From positions 1-32,000 of the forward strand of contig CAVRAI010000009.1 of assembly GCA_963718915.1 (NCBI GenBank): a stretch of DNA of 32,000 nucleotides, written 5' to 3'. This DNA comes from an uncultured Chloroflexia bacterium. Its GTDB lineage: Bacteria > Chloroflexota > Ktedonobacteria > Ktedonobacterales > JADMIN01. The notes below the pieces were generated by a model. It ran no database searches, had not been told where the DNA came from, and worked only from the letters and a program-made list of their open reading frames with translations. Made by a program: the position numbers and the translations under genes. Below are positions 13,251 through 20,762 of this stretch, in pieces (position 1 is the first letter of the stretch; the number at the start of each line of letters is the position of its first letter).

Positions 13251-13607
13251 CTAGCGATAGCGATAGGCGGCCACCGCCGCGCCGATTCCCCACAGGGCAC
13301 ACATCAGCGGCAACACCCAGATCATGCTGAGCCGCGGAAAACCAGCATTCTCCAGCAGTTCCCAGGTAAAGGTCAGCAGGGCTGTCGCGGCTGCGGCGAA
13401 TCCTGCCGCGACTAACTGGATGCGTCGTTGCAATTCATCCATGCGCTCGACGTAACGAACCACCGCTAGCACCACTAGTGTCGCGGGAATGGCTGGCAGC
13501 ACTGCCACCAGCCCGCGCCACCCCGCCTCTGGGTTACGCTCGATCAGGTAGATCGAGAGCAGCAGCAGAACAACATAGGCGCCCATGGCGCTGAAAAACC
13601 GGATCAT
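13251..13607 (-). CDS. Small 4-TM membrane protein, co-transcribed partner of the XRE regulator
   Basis: The 118-aa product has four hydrophobic segments. It ends 17 nt before the regulator's start. This regulator-plus-membrane-protein pairing is a common arrangement. Confidence 0.7.
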   Translation of the reverse strand: MIRFFSAMGAYVVLLLLSIYLIERNPEAGWRGLVAVLPAIPATLVVLAVVRYVERMDELQRRIQLVAAGFAAAATALLTFTWELLENAGFPRLSMIWVLPLMCALWGIGAAVAAYRYR

Positions 13608-13650
13608 ATAGCTGCGACCGCTGCATTCATGCGTTTCCCACCTCTCGACA

Positions 13651-13713
13651 TGTCAAACACACTTGACACCGGTAGTGTAAAGCATACGTGACAAAATGTC
13701 AAGTGTGCTTTAC
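13651..13713 (-). promoter_or_regulatory. Sigma70-type promoter overlapped by palindromic operators for the membrane-protein/XRE operon
   Basis: On the minus strand, TTGACA (13702-13697), a 17-nt spacer and TACACT (13679-13674) form a promoter. A near-perfect 37-bp palindrome, GTAAAGCA-n4-TGACAAAATGTCA-n4-TGCTTTAC (13677-13713), covers the -35 and spacer. A second palindrome, TGTCAAACACACTTGACA (13651-13668), lies at the expected transcription start. Confidence 0.55.
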
Positions 13714-13764
13714 TTATCAGCACGCCGTAGCCGTGGTGGGTCGGGGAATGCTATCCTCAAAGGG

Positions 13765-13866
13765 GATATCCATGCGATATCCGTGCGATATCCGCGAGGA
13801 TTTCGAGAGGATTTCGAGAGGACTTCGAGAACGCGCAATGATGCGGCAGCATCGTGTAGCATCGTG
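13765..13866. repeat. Back-to-back short tandem repeat arrays upstream of the USP gene
   Basis: GATATCC(A/G)(T/C)G(C/A) occurs 3 times (13765-13797). GGA(T/C)TTCGAGA occurs 3 times immediately after (13798-13830); both arrays have an 11-bp period. AGCATCGTG then occurs twice with a 10-bp period (13848-13866) and runs into the SD GAGGAG. Confidence 0.85.
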
Positions 13867-13878
13867 AGGAGCGGGAGC

Positions 13879-14823
13879 ATGTATCAGCGAATATTGACGC
13901 CGCTTGACGGCTCAGCCTATGCCGAGGCGGCGCTGCCGGTGGCGGCGCGCATTGCCCAGGCCAGCCATGGCACGGTGGTGCTGCTGCATGTGCTGAGCGG
14001 TCCGCGCGAGCTACTGCCGTATGTTCTGCCGATGATGGAGCCGTCCACGCTGACCTCCGATGTGGAGGCCGCATCCGCATATCTCGAAGCGGCGTCCGGT
14101 CGTTCTGATCTGGCCGACGTGACCACCATCACCGAGGTACGCTCCGGGCTGGTTGGCTCGACCATTCTGGATGTGGCGGCCCACCAGCAGGCCGACCTGG
14201 TGGTGCTGGCGGCGCACGCGCATACGGGGCTAGCGCGCTGGGCGCCGGGCAAAGTCGCCGAGCATGTGGAGCATCGTGGCGCCATGCCGGTGCTTTCGCT
14301 GACCGACACCGACGCGCTTCCCGCTGAGGGGAAGCCCGCGCAGGGTCTGGTGCTGCTGGATGGCACGGAGGAGGCGGAAGCGGCGATTGCGCCCGCAATG
14401 CAGTTGCTAGAAGCGCTCAGTGGTTCAGAGCAGACCAATGCCACGCTGCGGCTCGCCTGGATCGGCGCCTTCGCGCCTGACGCGCCCTCGCACCATCCCG
14501 CCGACGACAATGTCGCGCTTTATCTGCGCACGGTGGAAGAACGTCTGCACGGCGAAGCAACCGCCAACTGGCCGTTTACCGTCACCTCGGAGGTGATCGC
14601 GGAGCAAGACCTACCACAGGCGGTGGCGGAGCTTGCCAGCCAGAAGCAGGTGACTTTCCTCGCGCTCGCGCCGCACGGCAAACGCGGCTACCCGCTCCAC
14701 ACCAGCGCGGATTTCGACGTCCATCTGCGCGGCGCGACGGCGCTGCCGCTGCTGATCGTGCCACGGAACGCGACGGCTGCCGGGGGAACCCAGACAATGC
14801 AAGACACCCCACCTCGCCAGTGA
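13879..14823 (+). CDS. Universal stress protein with tandem UspA domains
   Basis: MYQRILTPLDGSAYAEAALPVAARIAQASHGTVVLLHVL...DLVVLAAHAHTGLARWAPGKVAEHVEHRGAMPVLSL is followed by a second, degenerate USP-like half. I chose the ATG at 13879 because GAGGAG lies 7 nt upstream. The ORF-track N-terminus (from 13696) runs through the repeat arrays. Confidence 0.85.
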   Translation: MYQRILTPLDGSAYAEAALPVAARIAQASHGTVVLLHVLSGPRELLPYVLPMMEPSTLTSDVEAASAYLEAASGRSDLADVTTITEVRSGLVGSTILDVAAHQQADLVVLAAHAHTGLARWAPGKVAEHVEHRGAMPVLSLTDTDALPAEGKPAQGLVLLDGTEEAEAAIAPAMQLLEALSGSEQTNATLRLAWIGAFAPDAPSHHPADDNVALYLRTVEERLHGEATANWPFTVTSEVIAEQDLPQAVAELASQKQVTFLALAPHGKRGYPLHTSADFDVHLRGATALPLLIVPRNATAAGGTQTMQDTPPRQ

Positions 14824-14863
14824 CGCCGGGTGGGGTATCAGGGTTTTTGAGGTGTTCCAGGAA

Positions 14864-15799
14864 TTATGGCATATTCCCGGATCCTTGCGCTGCTCCAGAA
14901 TTTGCGGCTTTTTTCTCGGAGCGCCTCAAAAAGCTCGGAAGTTTATATTGCCATCCAACGGGAGCTTTCGCAAGGGTGATGAGCTTCTCCCACAATTTGA
15001 TTGCGTCGTCAATATCAGCTCGTATCTGGCGCGCAACTACTCGCATCACATCGGCATCGTAGATGCCCTCTTTACCCGCAAGATCAAGCTGCTTGAGATT
15101 CTCGCCTAACAGGTAACGAACGCTGTGACTAAACTGATGCTCAGCACTGGCAATGTGCTTGACTTTACGGCGGTGCGATAGGAAGGCGCGTGAAGCGCTC
15201 GAATCCGACGCGGCAGGATTATTGCTGGAACCGGTTTGCGAAGAGGTCAGAGTCGTCTGGGATGGGCTGGTGGATTGAAGCGCTTTGGAAGCGCCTGTTG
15301 CTGGATTAGGCAGCGTCTCACCAGCCACTGTCGTTGCTGACGGTATCAAGTCAAGCATGAGTCCCAAAGTAGCGCTTGTTTCTGTAAATACCTGGATCAA
15401 GTTCCCGCCTCGCGCGATGAACTTCATGCAAAATTCCTCGGAATGGCTAGGTAGCCCTCGAGCATGTCTGCGGTCTGGTGGTAGTTCTTGCGAGTCGGCC
15501 ACTACTGCATCGAACTGTAAGATTGTACTCACGCAAGTGACGATCCGAGAGCGAATGAATTCGGCGACACGCAGCGTTAGATATGGATCATGGCCAAGTT
15601 GCTGACCAATGCGGGCGAGTTCGTTTCGGGCAAAACCTCCAAGAGTTGAACCCGCAGCCACTAGCGGAACGGCTGCTTCGATGATATCACTCAGCAGCTT
15701 TGACTGCGCATCTAGTCGCACGCCGTTGTTGTGGTCGTTTAGCAACGTCTGAACCAGAGTTTGCAGCAGGCCAAGACGCCCGTCAACTCCATCCGACAT
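14864..15799 (-). CDS. Hypothetical 311-aa protein in the low-GC island: two helical regions joined by an S/T/P-rich linker, with HRRKVKH (R-x4-H) at the start of the C-terminal region
   Basis: This is the only long ORF here. GAGAGAGG lies 6 nt upstream of the ATG at 15799. I recognise no family. The R-x4-H match to the HEPN motif is weak, single-motif evidence. Confidence 0.6.
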   Translation of the reverse strand: MSDGVDGRLGLLQTLVQTLLNDHNNGVRLDAQSKLLSDIIEAAVPLVAAGSTLGGFARNELARIGQQLGHDPYLTLRVAEFIRSRIVTCVSTILQFDAVVADSQELPPDRRHARGLPSHSEEFCMKFIARGGNLIQVFTETSATLGLMLDLIPSATTVAGETLPNPATGASKALQSTSPSQTTLTSSQTGSSNNPAASDSSASRAFLSHRRKVKHIASAEHQFSHSVRYLLGENLKQLDLAGKEGIYDADVMRVVARQIRADIDDAIKLWEKLITLAKAPVGWQYKLPSFLRRSEKKAANSGAAQGSGNMP

Positions 15800-15907
15800 G
15801 GTAATGCCTCTCTCGCATGGCTAACGCTGCCAATTGCCTTGGCACGCATGAGCAGGACTCGTTATTTGTCGTATATGTCACTGTGAACTACCTTGTTGAT
15901 GCATCGC

Positions 15908-15918
15908 AGTATAACACA
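15908..15918 (-). promoter_or_regulatory. Extended -10 promoter element (TGTTATACT) for the 311-aa gene
   Basis: The minus strand reads TGTGTTATACT, about 105 nt upstream of the ATG at 15799. I found no convincing -35, which is acceptable for extended -10 promoters. Confidence 0.4.
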
Positions 15919-16186
15919 AGTTGTTCGCTCATGCACGGTAATCGTGATTGATTCAACAACGTTTCGTTGTGCGGATGGTTAACTACTTTTCAAGGTAATG
16001 GCATGAGATCAATCGCGACTAATGCGGTATTTAACTCAGTTAATGGCAAGTCACTCTAAAGTGATCGCGCCGAAAAATCAAGTCAACTACTACGCAATAA
16101 TGGTACTACAAACTTACTGCATCAATCAAGACTATATGGCATGACACATCATATTAGAATATAGATAGCCAATGCGTAATAGGTGT

Positions 16187-16244
16187 TTGACACTGCTCCA
16201 GTGGGGCTTGTATGCTGGCTATCTTGGCGCAAAGCTGGTATAGT
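16187..16244 (+). promoter_or_regulatory. Two sigma70-like promoters facing the XRE-like operon
   Basis: The first is TTGACA (16187-16192), an 18-nt spacer and TATGCT (16211-16216). The second is an extended -10, TGGTATAGT (16236-16244). Either would give a leader of about 330 nt before the ATG at 16584. Confidence 0.4.
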
Positions 16245-16583
16245 ACGTAGGTACTAGCCTAAACAGTAAGTAAGTGACGACTAACTTCCGATTCCAAAAC
16301 TCAACGCGAGAATGCCGCTTCTGATTGTGTTGAGCCATGGGTTGCACCGGCGATTCGTTTGACGCCACAACAATGCTCCACGCCTGCTATATGGTGGTTG
16401 AGATAGATGGCGCGGGGCGCAAGCGAGTGGCGCGAAGGTGAGCATCAACCAGCATCGTCCTCGCACATATCTAATTAGCGGGAGAAGGATGGTCTCCTTT
16501 CCGCGCTCTTCTGGATTTGTGTGGCCGACGATGTCGCAGAGTTCTGGTTGGCGCCACACTCGACCAGAGAAGCGAGGTCTCTC

Positions 16584-17024
16584 ATGAATGCGGAACGTGA
16601 AAGTATTCCTGTGCGCGAGTTCGACACATTTGGGCAGGCATTGCAATTCTATCGGGAGAATATCTCAGAACGAATTCGGCGCTACATACCTGGAGGCCAC
16701 CTAGCGCCTGTTCAACTGACCGTGAAAGATGTCGTGTCGGAAATGAATAAGGCTGGTTTTCCAATAAGCCAGGCAGCCTATTCTGATATAGAGCAAGCTC
16801 GCTATTTGCCAAAAGAGCCTGGAAAGTTCTTCGAGGCAGTCGTTTTATGCCTTGCGCTTGAACAAGGTACCCCAGAGTATCAGAATCTCATGGATCATCT
16901 TCTGTTTGATGTTTTGAAGCAGAAATTTGGTGAAAACGAGGCGGCACTGTACCGCAATGAGATTCTCGATTTACGCAAGAGTGGCTCAAAAAGAAGATCA
17001 CGAAGGCCACCAGCACGACAGTAA
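16584..17024 (+). CDS. Divergent XRE-like HTH protein with a basic C-terminal tail
   Basis: FGQALQFYRE...LTVKDVVSEMNKAGFPISQAAYSDIEQARYLP...FFEAVVLCLAL fits a Cro/C1-type 5-helix layout with an insertion. The tail reads KSGSKRRSRRPPARQ. The start is either the ATG at 16584 or the GTG at 16521, and I cannot resolve which. Confidence 0.6.
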   Translation: MNAERESIPVREFDTFGQALQFYRENISERIRRYIPGGHLAPVQLTVKDVVSEMNKAGFPISQAAYSDIEQARYLPKEPGKFFEAVVLCLALEQGTPEYQNLMDHLLFDVLKQKFGENEAALYRNEILDLRKSGSKRRSRRPPARQ

Positions 17025-17118
17025 TAATCTGGCTTTCACGTATATTTGACCGTACGCTTGACTCTGCCCTTCTGCTAATGTACTATTGTGCCATCGATCA
17101 GAGACTAGTAGTTAGCGG

Positions 17119-17445
17119 ATGGGGAATGTGATGTCTGCACAAGACTTCGGTCTTGCCCTGCAAGCCTGCCGCAACTCTACTTCTCACAACATGCTTGCGC
17201 AATGTATGTTCCCCGCATTCCGCCCATCGGTTACCGTAGCCCCCTTGCTCACCTCACAGCAACTGGAACAGCATTTACAGGAGATCGAGGCCGGGCATGT
17301 GTGGCCATTTGGTCGCTCTGACCTCAAGTCATTTGTCTCCGGAGTGCTTAACTGTTTGAGACGGCGGCCTAGTCCCCATGTTGAGTACGATTTCAAACAG
17401 GCCGCGGCAATCTATTTTACCGAATTGGGGTTCGTAACCCCATGA
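17119..17445 (+). CDS. Hypothetical 108-aa protein, a distant paralog of the preceding XRE-like protein
   Basis: It shares a pattern with 16584..17024: FGxALQxxR ... (I/L)ExxxxxP ... F..xV(V/L).CL. It lies in the same low-GC operon. Confidence 0.5.
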   Translation: MGNVMSAQDFGLALQACRNSTSHNMLAQCMFPAFRPSVTVAPLLTSQQLEQHLQEIEAGHVWPFGRSDLKSFVSGVLNCLRRRPSPHVEYDFKQAAAIYFTELGFVTP

Positions 17446-17498
17446 GCATCAGGTTCTCGCTTAGACACGAATCGTTGAAGCGTCTTGGAGGGATAGTT

Positions 17499-17987
17499 AT
17501 GCATGCGGCGAGTCATTCGACAGATACCCAGGCGATCACCAAAGCAGCGGAAACAGTGGCCGGTATTCTGGATATTCTCGCGATCCAAACAGCGGACGAA
17601 TCTGTTCCACTTTCTGCTGTTCGCATGAGGCGACTTTCGTCTGAACTTCAAGAAATGATTCGTCGCAATGACAATCCATCGACCCTTCGATTACGAACTC
17701 TTGAAGGGGTGAAGCTTGCCAAACGAGATGTTCAGGCACAGGCACGTTTGGCACTACAACTCAACAAGCCGTTGCAACGGAAACGCAGGTCCGCGGGCTT
17801 CTTCCAAAGGCTGCCATTTACTCGCCAGACTACCGATTCAACCATAGAGGATGTGGAAAACAACGAGCATAACGACATCTCCAAACTTGATATAGGCGCC
17901 AGGCGTCTCCTGGAGAACAGCAAAATTCTTTTGAATATTCTCGCCGAGATACGAACTCGCCTTGATGCCGCCGCGTTTCTGGTGTGA
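17499..17987 (+). CDS. Hypothetical helical 162-aa protein, third gene of the island operon
   Basis: GGAGGG lies 6 nt upstream of the ATG at 17499 (MHAASHS...). The alternative ATG at 17442 overlaps the previous stop (ATGA) but lacks an SD. I recognise no family. Confidence 0.55.
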   Translation: MHAASHSTDTQAITKAAETVAGILDILAIQTADESVPLSAVRMRRLSSELQEMIRRNDNPSTLRLRTLEGVKLAKRDVQAQARLALQLNKPLQRKRRSAGFFQRLPFTRQTTDSTIEDVENNEHNDISKLDIGARRLLENSKILLNILAEIRTRLDAAAFLV

Positions 17988-18172
17988 CCGTGACCGATCA
18001 GGTACAAACATGATCTCAGGCCCACGTCCAGAAAACAACGCCATAGCGCATAGATTCCAGTGCACTACCTGATAACGTGATGAATCTCACATCCTTCGCA
18101 CATCCGCCTCACATCTAGAGCGATCATACTGAGAAGACACTGCGTGTCCCTCAGCCACTGGAGGCGGATGTC

Positions 18173-19666
18173 GTGCGGATCATCTCTATGCGCCTGCGGG
18201 GTTTCCTCGCGACGCGCGCCGGGCGCATATTCCTGGCGATCCTTGTCGTCGCGGTCGCCATCCGCATTCCTCTGATGACTTTTCGCGGCTATTATTCGGA
18301 TCTCGCGACCTACATCGGCTGGGGCAATACCGTCGTTCAGCACTTCTTCGACATCTACACGTCCACGGCTTCAACGGGAGTCGGCGGTTTCCCAGGCGGA
18401 GGAGGCTTTCCAGGTGGATTTCCGGGTGGAGGCTTCCGTGGTGGTGGGTTCGGAGGGACTGGCGGAGGCGGCGGTGGCTCGATCAACTACCCGCCGGGGA
18501 TGCCCTACCTCTTCGGCGTGGTGGTCTTCGCCTACAATCAATTTGTGCTCCCACTCACCCATACCTCCCTCGATGCACTGGTGCGGCAGGATGGCTTCGG
18601 GCCGTTCTTTGCCAAGATTCCCCTGCTGATCGCCGATGTGGCCACCATGGTGTTGCTCTATGTCTGGGCGCGCCGTCGCCGCTCCGAACGATTCGCGCTG
18701 GCAGTCGCCGCCGCATACGCCTTCTCGCCCGCCGTGCTCTATGATGGCGCGCTCTGGGGGCAGACGGATGCGCTGGTCGCGCTACCGATCCTGGCCGCCA
18801 TCGTCGCGCTGACCTCCGAACGCTACGCGCTGGCAGGCGTCAGCCTCGCGGTTGCGCTGCTGCTCAAGCCGCAGCCGATCATCTTCGCGCCGCTGATCGC
18901 GCTCTGTGTCTGGCGTTGGGCCACGCGGGAACAGTTTGCCCGCTTCGCGGTCGCTGGCCTGCTGGCGGGGTTGCTCTTCCTGCTGCCGGTGATTCTGCCG
19001 CATTTCCAGCTGGTTGATATGGTGCGGAACATGCAGTCGGCATCGTACAACGACAATCTCGGCTTAAGCTCGGACGCCTTCAACTTCTGGTGGCTGATTG
19101 GCTATGGGCAACAGGCCATTGGCAGCGCGTTCCTGGGCGTCAAGAGCGGGCTGGTGGGCGATGCGCTCTATGGCGTGGTGACGCTGCTCTGCGGCGCGCA
19201 GGTCTGGCGGCGGCGCGAGCCTATCATCCTGGTCTTCGGCCTGGCAGTGCAGCTTTTTGGCTTCTTCCTCTTCATGGGCGGCCAGCATGAGCGCTACCTG
19301 TTCCTCTTCATACCACTCGCGCTTGCCAGCCTGGTTCTCGCGCGCCGTGAGGAGCGACCGTATCTGGTGGCGCTCTATGCGCTTGGTACGGCGCTCTGCT
19401 TCCTCAATATGGTGGTCGGGGTGGGCGGCGGCACATTTGGCGGCGGCGAGCCGATTCCCTTCCTCACGCTACCGTCGTTGCGCGCCTATCTCTCCGCCAA
19501 CTTCGCCTGGCTCAGCGCCACTATCGCCGCCATGCACGTGGTGGTATTCGCCTACACCATCTATGTCTATCTGGCCATCCTGGGCAACGCGCCACTGTCC
19601 AACCTGTCAATCACGCAGTCGGCTAACAGACCCGCTGGTGAGCCTGCCCTCAGCCACGGCGAATAA
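18173..19666 (+). CDS. GT-C-fold integral membrane glycosyltransferase (DUF2029/PMT_2-like) with a glycine-rich insertion in the first external loop
   Basis: There are about 11-12 hydrophobic segments. The first loop carries YYSDL...then GVGGFPGGGGFPGGFPGGGFRGGGFGGTGGGGGGS (nt 18377-18478), followed by INYPPGMPYL. The YPP motif is typical of this group. The start is GTG 18173 with GGAGG 8 nt upstream. Confidence 0.65.
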   Translation: MRIISMRLRGFLATRAGRIFLAILVVAVAIRIPLMTFRGYYSDLATYIGWGNTVVQHFFDIYTSTASTGVGGFPGGGGFPGGFPGGGFRGGGFGGTGGGGGGSINYPPGMPYLFGVVVFAYNQFVLPLTHTSLDALVRQDGFGPFFAKIPLLIADVATMVLLYVWARRRRSERFALAVAAAYAFSPAVLYDGALWGQTDALVALPILAAIVALTSERYALAGVSLAVALLLKPQPIIFAPLIALCVWRWATREQFARFAVAGLLAGLLFLLPVILPHFQLVDMVRNMQSASYNDNLGLSSDAFNFWWLIGYGQQAIGSAFLGVKSGLVGDALYGVVTLLCGAQVWRRREPIILVFGLAVQLFGFFLFMGGQHERYLFLFIPLALASLVLARREERPYLVALYALGTALCFLNMVVGVGGGTFGGGEPIPFLTLPSLRAYLSANFAWLSATIAAMHVVVFAYTIYVYLAILGNAPLSNLSITQSANRPAGEPALSHGE

Positions 19667-19680
19667 CATAGTCAGCCAAT

Positions 19681-19955
19681 TTATAGCCGCGAGGAGAGTT
19701 TATTGTATTCTTCGTGAGTACCAATCCAGAACCACGTGATTGTATCGCCATTCAAGAATCCGATGGCACGATAATGGTCTCCAGCTCGCGCCGAGTAGAT
19801 TGATGGATCTCGTTTGCCAATCTGTTTGAACTGTAAGCTCGGATGTCGTGGGTTCTGCTGAATAACTGGTAATCTGCGCTGGCCTGACGTTGTGCGCGTT
19901 CGGGAAGAGCATTAAAGAGCGCTCGGAAGCGTTTTGTGCGCCGTGAGCGAAACAC
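19681..19955 (-). pseudogene. RelE/ParE-superfamily-like toxin gene disrupted by a 1-nt deletion
   Basis: Frame A reads (GTG 19955) FRSRRTKRFRALFNALPERAQRQASADYQLF. A third frame, not in the ORF track, continues QNPRHPSLQFKQIGKRDPSIYSARAGDHYRAIGFLNGDTITWFWIGTHEEYNKLSSRL* with its stop at 19683-19681. The frames join at TTC-AG-CAG (about 19856-19862). The start overlaps the antitoxin stop (TAGTG). Confidence 0.7.
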
Positions 19956-20173
19956 TATTCCCAGCCGCCGTCTTCAACGTCGCCGCGCGCGATCTCAGCA
20001 CGAGCTTCGGCAGCGAGGCCCTCTAGTGTCTCCTGGCCTTCCGGGCTACTGACGATGGCGTCCCATTCTTGCTCATCCAGCCACGCCTCGATCTGGGCGG
20101 CCAACTGACGCTGCGCCTCGTCCGAGAGTTGCTGTTGCGCCTGCTCGAACGCACGAAGCAATTCGTCTACCAT
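19955..20173 (-). CDS. Small acidic antitoxin-like protein (72 aa), intact
   Basis: AAGGAGG lies upstream of the ATG. The product is acidic and helical (MVDELLRAFEQAQQQLSDEAQRQLAAQIEAWLDEQEWD...). The gene overlaps the downstream toxin-like gene by 1 nt. The family assignment comes from gene context only. Confidence 0.55.
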   Translation of the reverse strand: MVDELLRAFEQAQQQLSDEAQRQLAAQIEAWLDEQEWDAIVSSPEGQETLEGLAAEARAEIARGDVEDGGWE

Positions 20174-20248
20174 CGCTTTCCCTCCTTTGCGGTTGCAGCC
20201 AGGTAAAGTATATCATCCGCTTCGGGTATTCTCCCACGGAAACAGCGT

Positions 20249-20701
20249 CTACGGCATGAGCATGTAGACATAGAAATCGTTGTCACGCTGCCAGCCGAGC
20301 GATTCATAGAGGCGCTGCGCCGGGAAGTTGTCCACCGCCGTCTGAAGCATCAGTTCTCTGGCGTCCGTCTCGCGGGCGAAGACATGGACGCGTTCCAGCA
20401 GCGCACGACCCACACCCGCGCGGCGAGCGGCGGGCGCGACAAACAGGTCGTTTAGCAGCCAGGCGCGCTGCATCGTGGTGGATGAGAAGATGGGGTAGAG
20501 TTGGGTAAAGCCAGCGGGCGCGCCGTCGTCGAGCAGCGCGAGAAAAATGACCGACTCGCCACGCTCCAGCCGCTCGGCCAGAAACGCTCGCGCGCCGTCG
20601 AGGTCGCCCGGCTGCTGATAAAACTGGCGGTAGGCGTTGAAGAGCGGCGCAACCGTCTCGATGTCACCCACCGACGCTCGATTCACTTGCACTGATGTCA
20701 T
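20249..20701 (-). CDS. GNAT-family N-acetyltransferase
   Basis: The acetyl-CoA binding region is visible (LFVAPAARRAGVGRALLERV) in a 150-aa product with the usual GNAT layout. Confidence 0.85.
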   Translation of the reverse strand: MTSVQVNRASVGDIETVAPLFNAYRQFYQQPGDLDGARAFLAERLERGESVIFLALLDDGAPAGFTQLYPIFSSTTMQRAWLLNDLFVAPAARRAGVGRALLERVHVFARETDARELMLQTAVDNFPAQRLYESLGWQRDNDFYVYMLMP

Positions 20702-20762
20702 AGCTCGCCATCTTTCTCGCTAGTCAACTTAGACGACTGCCGAGCGGCTGGCGACTCAAGTC

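Noticed and set aside
13765-13830. I considered a CRISPR array or CRISPR-like repeats, both here and at 27267-27299 and 30255-30306.
   Set aside because: The units are 9-11 bp and directly abutting, with no spacers, and there are no cas genes. They are simple tandem repeats.
16281-16646. A 121-aa minus-strand ORF lies in the island's intergenic/leader region. Small plus-strand ORFs are also present, for example 16043.. (33 aa) and two 16-codon ORFs.
   Set aside because: They have no SD and odd composition (Cys/Arg/Trp-rich), and the 121-aa ORF overlaps the start of the XRE-like gene. The 32-codon uORF at 16489-16587 is mentioned only as a possibility within the island finding.
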